From Mytilus californianus (Eukaryota): a DNA stretch of 64,000 bases. Under the pieces are notes generated by a model. That model was not told where the DNA came from. It saw nothing but the letters and a program-made list of their open reading frames with translations, and made no database searches. Shown here piece after piece: positions 48,201-57,200 of this stretch. The translations under genes were made by a program, and so were the position numbers. Each line of letters starts with the position of its first letter. Position 1 is the stretch's first letter. The stretch lies in the NCBI RefSeq assembly GCF_021869535.1, contig NW_026262668.1:118544001-118608000 (forward strand), written 5' to 3'.

Positions 48201-51200
48201 CTGCAACTGTGCTATTTGCACTGACCGTCAAATACCAATTGACGGGGCAACTCTTCAACTACAGTATTGTTATTCCTATTCTAATGCATTACATAAAGAA
48301 ATTGTACATTAAAGCCTGTAAAAATGTATAAAATACAATTTTGCGAAATTTCATGAATGAATTTGACGCAGAAACATCATGACAAAACATAATGCTGGAT
48401 ACAACTGAAAACTTTTAAACAGAAGGTTATTTCATTACTTTAACGATTCGGATAAAACGTTGTAAGGGCTGCAATATAAAGAGAATAACCAAACACTGCC
48501 TCCATTCTACTCGTTTCTAGGCCTTGTACAAATATCTTTAATATTTCGAGAAAAAGTATGGTTATTTTATAAGTATAATGTACAAGGATTGTTTTCTTGT
48601 AGCTTGATAGATAAAAAACTACAGAAGAAACAATGCAATATTATCCGTCAATTTCTATTGCGTTGGACGCACATGTAAAAGTAATTGTTGCACAACACAA
48701 ATATAAAAGAACTACTTAGGTACACATGACAAGATATTCAAAATTCATCTGAGTTGCATATTGTAAACTATTGTAAATTGCGCAATCCTAAACTCAAAGC
48801 GTATGAAGTAAATTATTTCCGTCATTTCATAGTCGATAGTCAATAGCTTAACTGCGTAATCTTAGCTCAAAGCGTAAGAAGTAAATTATTCCATAGTCAA
48901 TAGCTTAACTGAGTAATTTTAGCTCAAAGCGTATGAAGTAAATTATTTCATAGTCGATAGCTTAACTGCGCATAATCTTAGTTCAAAGAGCAAGAAGTGA
49001 ATTATTTCATAGTCGATAGCTTAACTATGTAATCTTAGCTCAAAGCGTAAGAAGTAAATCATTTCATAGTCGATAGCTTAACTGCGTAATCTTAGCTCAA
49101 AGCGTGAGAAGTAACACATGACAAGACATTCAAAATTCATCTGAGTTGCATATTGTAAACTATTGTAAATTGCGCAATCCTAAACTCAAATAGTATGAAG
49201 TAAATTATTTCCGTCATTTCATAGTCAATAGCTAAACTGCGTAATCTTAGCTCAAAGCGTAAGAAGTAACACATGACAAGACATTCAAAATTCATCTGAG
49301 TTGCATATTGTAAACTATTGTAAATTGCGCAATCCTAAACTCAAATAGTATGAAGTAAATTATTTCCGTCATTTCATAGTCGATAGCTTAACTGTGTATA
49401 ATCTTAGCTCAAAAAGTAAGAAGTGAATTATTTCATAGTCGATAGTTTAACTGCATAATATTACAAAAATCGTATGAAGTTAATATTTCATAGTCGATAG
49501 CTTAAAATTGCTCAATCCTAAGCTCAAAGCGTATGAAGTAAATTATTTCGAGTCTAGCTGAGATGAGATGTTTTCCAAAACAAAATTAGAGTTTGATTTA
49601 TTATTTACCTTCGGCCTTATACTTACTCTTGTACCGTACTGTAAAACTGAAGACATATCATAGGGATAAGTAGTAGACACTGAATTTGTGATCTCAAAGT
49701 TATTTCGCCCACTGCTTATCCTGTCCCACATGATTTGTACATAGTTATCTCTGTCAGGACGACTCATTTCATGTAATGCACCAAGGGCGTGCATCATTTC
49801 GTGTATAATAGTACCATGCTAAAACCGGAAAAACATAATATTAATATAATATATATATAGTTTGTATGATTTGAAAATTTAATCAGTGATTCAGAGATTA
49901 AGACTATGGTAGCGAATGTACAACGTTTCATGGTATTGTTTAAAATATAATTATGTCAAGGAATGACGTTGTTTTTTTTTAGAAACAAATGTTATAGAGT
50001 TAACCGGAGATGAGCTTATATTTGTTTTTCGTTTATTGTTTTGTACATAAGTTTAAATTGTTTTACATTCGTCATTTCGGGGCATTTCATAGCTTGCTCT
50101 GCAGCATGAGTTTTGCTTATTGTTGAAAGCCGTACGGTGACCTAATAGTTGTTAACCTCAATTGATCTTTTGATTTGTCACATTGGCAGTCATGCCACAT
50201 CCTGTAATTTTATGTTTACATGTGAATAGAAATTACATTTCATTAAATGGTTAAGATTATATTGTAGTTTGCAAAAATGAGAGCGGTAATAAATATACAT
50301 GTAAATATAGATTTTGATGAAATATACATATATAGATATAACAGCTTAATTAAACTGATTTCATGTTATATTGACCATACATAACTGTCGCTCAACAGAA
50401 TCGCAATTGCATTGTCTTTCTCTGATAGCGCAACCCATGGTTGTTGCATGTAACAAAATATTCAAAAAGCTACTTTTTTCTTCCAGTATAAATGAATAAA
50501 AAGAGAAACATTTAAATAAATTTTGGTTCTATATTTACCACATAACTATGACAGCTTAGTCTGAATATTGTCATTTGAATTTCACATTAGAAAATAAGTT
50601 GAAATGTTTTAGAGTGTAGTTGTCGCAAACTCATATCCATTCATATATCATTGTTACACTCTATTTCCTTTTTGAAAATAGAGTGCGGCTGCAATGCATT
50701 AAATACACGTCTGTTTGTATGCTGAGATGATAATTTTAATGTTGCCAGTTCATGGTAGTGATTCAAAGCCAGTCTATAGAAATTGAGAGTACACATGTTG
50801 TACTGAATATAGTTTTACAAAATTATGCTCCATAACATAATAATTCTTGTGATTGGTACAACATATATATTACTCACAGTGACACAATTCTGTTGAATCG
50901 ACAGGCTTATTGTCTGTGGAAAGCGACCAACCCTTCCAATATAAGACGTGCATCCTCTATTCAAACATAAAACCTGTATGTTATTCCAATTTCACAATCA
51001 GTTTAATACTTGATGCACAAACAGAAATACATAAAACATCTAACAAAGAGTCATGTTCGATGACTTTTTATGCAAAAGTTTAACTATCCAATCATTTAGA
51101 CAGATTAGAAACATTGATACTTAAATTACAAACGTTTGTCCGAAAACATAGTTAACGGAATTGGATTAAAATTTCGTCGTTATATTGATTAACGTTATAT

Positions 51201-54200
51201 AAACTTACGATTTCTTATATGAAACAAAAATAAAACAAAGAAGCTTTACTGTTTTGCTAAGTACTTAAATATTTACAATCAGGTCGGTACATAAAATCGG
51301 AACCACGTCAGAATATTCAATAGATAGAACATCGAATTTCTGGACTATAAATTGAAATATTTCGCAGTTTATCCGAGAAAAAAAATGAAATACTAGTCTT
51401 ATTGTAAAAATAACGAAACAATTGTAGGGAAAGATTTAAGCTAAAAGGTTAAAGAACATATTCCCTTCTGGGATGTCTTCTGAGCTTACACGAGCTACAA
51501 GTAAATCTAAAGAGAAAGATTGAGTAATTATAACCCCAAACGATAAATACTAATACATATACATTTCACGTTCTCAGGAACATGAACATTTGTACAATTT
51601 TACTTAAGAAATTTTCAATTTGATAACAAAATTACCATTGCATAACAAACTCATATTTTAAATTGGCCTTGTGTCGCCATTAATATCATCTGATATATAT
51701 ATATACTTTGCATTTGTATTTTTATACAATATACAATAAAACTAAAACTAAAACTTTTTCAATTTTATCATAATGTGTCTGTTTTAACATACAAAGTTGC
51801 GTTCTGCTATCGTGAGTCAGAACATAACAGAGCGCTGGCGTATGATCTTTTTAAAAATAGTATTCCTCTGAAAAATAAGTTTTAATATGTTGGTCTTTAA
51901 GTACTATATTGAGATTTTTCTAAAATGAGCTTAATCATAAACATATCACAGATAATCTTATATGAGAACTATATTACATCGCATTTGGAAGTAAAAAAGA
52001 ATCAACAAGCAAAGATAAACTTTTAACGGAAACTGGTCAAACAGAAACAAGAGTGCAGAAGCACAATCTCAAAATTCAAATTACATTCATAGTTTGAAAC
52101 GTTGGTGAAGTAATTAAAACCCCCATAATAAAGCGTACAAACATACTAAGTACGCTCATTTGTTAACATTAACTTTAAGTTTCTCAGTTTTTTAGTTTAA
52201 TTTCGTGTGGTAGCTGCCAAACTTGCACATTCATTACCACATTCATTTATAAATGTACGCCTCCGTTTTTGACACCTTTGGTTTTATATAAAAAAAATTG
52301 CTTATATTTTCACTATTCAATAAAAACCATTTTAATCGTTAACATCAGAAATGTCTAATTTATTACATTAAAATGGTAATTTTGTTATGATATAAGCCTA
52401 TTTTTAGATATTATCCTTGCTTTTTAAGTATAGTTCGGTTATTTAGCTTGTGCTATTTCATGTATTGTTCAAGTGCACTTCATTAATTGTTCTGTTGTAT
52501 TTCAGGTATTAACAATAAATTGGTACACGACGGGTACCAGAAAATAGCTACCGAACAGAGTTTGAAACAGACGGGTAACAACAATAGCTACCGAACAGAG
52601 TTTGAAACAGACGGGTAACAACAATAGCTACAAAACAGAGTTTAAAACAGACGGGTACAAACAATAGCTACCGAACAGATTTTGAAACAGACGGGTAACA
52701 ACAATATATACCGAACAGAGTTTGAAACAGACGGGTAACAACAATAGCTACCGAATAGAGTTTGAAACAGACGGGTAACAACAATAGCTACCGAACAGAG
52801 TTTGAAACAGACGGGTAACAACAATAGCTACCGAACAGAGTTTGAAACAGACGGGAAATAACAATAGCTACCGAACAGAGTTTGAAACAGACGGGTAACA
52901 ACAAAAGCTACCGAACAGAGTTTGAAACAGACGGGTAACAACAATAGCTACCGAATAGAGTTTGAAACAGACGGGTAACAACAATAGCTACCCAATAGAG
53001 TTTGAAACAGACGGTAACAACAATAGCTACCAAACAGAGTTTGAAACAGACGGGTAACAACAATGGCTACCGAACAGAGTTTGAACAAGATTTTAATTGA
53101 CTAAAGGAGAAAAAACTGCTTTTCATTGAATATGTCTACAGAATTACTTATTATGACGTGTTTATGTATTATTCGGTCTTTTGATCAGTTCATATCAAAA
53201 TGGTTGTTTCAGTTTAAAATCATTTAAAAAAGTACACATTTGTTTGCGTCATATTTGTTTATTTGTTTGTATTCAACATTCCGTAAAAGAGGGGAGAAAG
53301 AACCAAGGGTAAATATCTAGTTTCAAATAGAGAAAATTAGCACATGACATCCTTCAAAGTCCCCTTAATTCCGGAACACCAATATTAAAATCATTCAGAT
53401 TGAAAAGATGTTTGTAACATAGAACTGATCATTGTATATAAATGTTTAAAAACTCAAACTGGATATTTCAAAGACATGGATCCAATCGTCAAATGCTTAA
53501 GGATTAACAAAAGAATTACAAATCTAAAAAAATCATCAAAATCAACAATGAGCTTATTATCATTGTATAAATTATGATTAAGATCCAAACAAGCGTATAA
53601 CATCGTGTAAACTTTCTTGGATTAAAACATTCTGGCTGCATATCCCTTCATTCTAAATAATGACGACATGGAACAGGGAGAGAAATCTTAAGGATGTTCG
53701 CTCCTCTTATTTTTTGAATTTTTGTTAGATATCTCCTCTGGTTTTATCCATGTAGTGCCATTCAAATTTTTGCCGTTAACCCCTTTCTTTTTTTTCATAA
53801 TTTTATTAAATATAGTTTAAAAAAGCCATATTTGAAAATCTTATAAGATCCTTGTAATTTATTCATTGTTTTTGAAATAACAAATTGCCAATGTTAAATG
53901 TAAGAAAATTCTAGAGAGAAATCATTTCCCGCCAATTTTTAATGGCTTATTTTCTCGTAATGAACATCAACACAGAGAGACTGCCTGTCATATTTGTAGA
54001 AGGGAAACAACTGGATACAATAGACACTTTTAATAACTCAGGAAGTTGTATAACAACAGAAGGTGGTGCTGAAAGAGATATAAAGGTCAGAACAGGAAAG
54101 CTAGATCCGCATTTATTAGATTAGGCAACATCTGGAAAACAACAGCTTTTTCAAAGAAGACCAAGCTTAGACTTTATAACGGTTGTGTTCTATCTGTGCG

Positions 54201-57200
54201 GCTCAGAGTGCTGGAGAAAACTTGTCTAGCTTGCCTTATGTGCCAACAGGCATAGCAAGGACCTAGTTAGTAAGTAAGTATGTCTCGTAAAGCAAGGACA
54301 CGGACCCTTCATTTTCTTTTTCTGCTTTTTTCAGTTCCATTATTGATGTACATGTACTATCAATTTATAACAGTCTTTTAAAAAGATTGTTATTTTGAAA
54401 CAATGTAGCGAACATCCTTAAATCGCTTCTATTATGTTTAGGGCGTGGTCTCCAAAATAACCAAAGATCACAAGGTAATCGTACATGTATCAATTAAAAC
54501 AAACGAAGGCATCATTTGTTACAAGTCTAGAAGGATAATTTAACTGTCTTGAAGCGGGTAGGATTGGGAACTCAAAAATAGTATTTCTCAATCATATGTT
54601 TATTTGCCTTATCCGAGCCAGGAACTTCGTCCGTCAGGTTTTAGCTTCATGTTATTAATTTATTCACAGAATATTTTGTTTCGGGCAGATATTTAATAAA
54701 ATTTGTTCAATGCATGCACGACTTTTCTGGACTCTGGATTGGGTGGGGGTAGTGCTTGAAATATGAAGTCTTTCATTGGAGGCTGCATGTTAGAAAAATC
54801 AATACAAAAGTTTTTATTTGAATTGTAACATCATTGAACGCAAGAAGACATATAATCATCTATTTGAAATAGTGTCTATTATCAAAACTGTACCTTTATC
54901 TTAGAAGTTAGTACACATATATCGTATTTGCTGTAAAACCCATTTACTCAGATTTAGCTAGCTATAAAACCAGGTTTAATCCACCATTTTCTACATATGG
55001 AAATACTTATACCAAATCAGGAATATGACAGTTGTTTTCCATTCGTTTGATGTGTTTCAGCTTTTGATTTTGCCATTTGATAAGGAACTTTCCGTTTTGA
55101 ATTTTCCTTTAAGTGCGGTATTTTTTTTATTTTATTTTTTACAACATTTAAAATAGACATTTTTCTAAATAACGGAGACCAGCTAGATAACAGTAAAAAA
55201 AATAACATCAGTACTGACATTTTGACTGTTCCATAAATTCTTATTTTTCAATTACTCACGTTCCGTCGACAAAAGAAACATAGTTTTCATGTCCAAGATT
55301 CATGGCCTTAGTATCTTCAAATGGAATCCATTGTATACATGTCAAGGAACGAAATTCTTCAATAGCTTGAAGGATTTTGCCTGTATGAGTTGCATCTAAA
55401 AATAATATTTTTAAAAACATAAGTCTTGACCTTCAAAATTGTAGATTTATAAAATGCTTTTATTAGTTGTAGCCAGTTATATTTTTCATCTGTTTTTCAA
55501 TAAGTTGGTTCAGATTAATTATACGGAATGGGTTTTGCTCATTGTTGATGGTCGTACATTGCCCCTATAGTTGTTTCCATACACGTTCTGTGGTATCAGT
55601 TGGACAGTTATTTCATTGGCAATCACCTTATTTCTGCATACCGGATTTGTTCTTTTGCAGGAAAAACAACTTAAAATACCAAGTAAAAAAAACCCAATTA
55701 ACTGGAAAGTTAAATGTCCGTTTTTATAACTCGGCATGCAAAACACAAACTGTCACTGTCTGATAGAAGACCATAGAAATAGTGCAAATGAATTTATTTG
55801 TTAAAGGTGATCAATCCATATTAATGTTTGTTAATAATAACATAAACGGTACCAATTTTTCTGCACCAGATGCGCATTTCGACAATCAATGTCTCTTCAG
55901 TGATGCTCGAGGTCAAAATATTTGAAAATCGAAAGCTTATTAAAAAGATGAAGAGCTATAAACCAAAAAGGACTAAAATGTAAAGCCAAAGCAGGGCAAG
56001 GACTCAGAGCTTTGCATGAGGGAGATAGATATACCTTCGGGGACTATCAGTCCACCAGCAGAGGCATCGACCCAGTTTGTAATAACATAAACGGTACCAA
56101 TTTCTCTGCACCAGATGCGCATTTCGACAATTAATGTTAAATGAGACAGTATAGAAAACATGTTCAACTGCAAAATAATGTGAAGGGATATCTAAATGAC
56201 GTATCTGACCACAAGAACACTGAAAAATAAACAATGAAAATTGGGATATGGGATAAGAAGTCTTTCTTGTGTCGTGAAAATGGTCTTGTTTGCACAGTAA
56301 AATTTGCATTGTCTCTAGAACATATGTTATACATGGGTAAAGAACGGAATTAGAATGGATGAACATGAGACACAAAGTCTTGTCAAATACTTAAAACATG
56401 CGAGGTGGAGAAGTCTTATGCATGTGAAGGGTCGAGCTCTTCGCACCAATTGTTCATCAATAAACACATTGTTTACCAATATACAAGGTGAAATTTAAAA
56501 TAACGTTTACCATCTCTGAAACAAACAAATGGAAACAATTCTTGATATTCGATGAATATACTTTCCGACTTAAATATAGACTTTTAAAATGGAGACATTT
56601 AATTTCCTGGAGATGCACTATCAACGCCAATGAACAGAAAGCGACGAAGGTATTCCCTTGAAATAACCTTTTTAGACAGGCATTGTTTCGAAAATAAGCA
56701 CCATGTTGGCTTAACTAATGAGTACAAAGATAAGTCAACTGAAATAGAAAAGTTTTTTTTTTGTAATTTTTTCCACAGGAGGAAGTTGAGGATATATGGA
56801 TTATAAAATGCAGACGAAAGATGCAACAAAATTGCCGACTACTTTGTTTAAATTCCGTCACCAAATGAATTCGCAAAACGTATCAACGATGGACACGTCT
56901 TTTAACAGAAATTACAACAAACAATTTTATTCAACTCATCCTCCAATGATAGCAATACCCAGTTCTTATGAAACTATGGGGTTCAAATAACAGGCACGGA
57001 CTGACTTATAGATTGTTTCTGTCGACCATTTCCCTTGAATTGTTTCAAATTTTGTGATGACAGGGCCTTTTATAGCTGACTATACGATATGTGTTTTGCT
57101 CATTGTTGAAGGCTATACAGTAAGTAAACTATAGTTGCTGAAATCCACGTCATATGGACCATCAAAGATTTGCAACTAACACTAAATTTCCAAGAGGACA

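Noticed and set aside
50957-50973. Alternative upstream acceptor adding VLCLNR before GCTSY
   Set aside because: It would need a phase-0 junction, but the preceding exon ends in phase 2.
52543-53087. CRISPR-like arrays (also 26985-27319, 48722-49550, 17593-17800)
   Set aside because: Head-to-tail units without unique spacers, no cas genes, eukaryotic context: these are minisatellites.
4919-56137. All copies of the main hammerhead family lie on the - strand
   Set aside because: Only three independent loci, so the same orientation is easily explained by chance.
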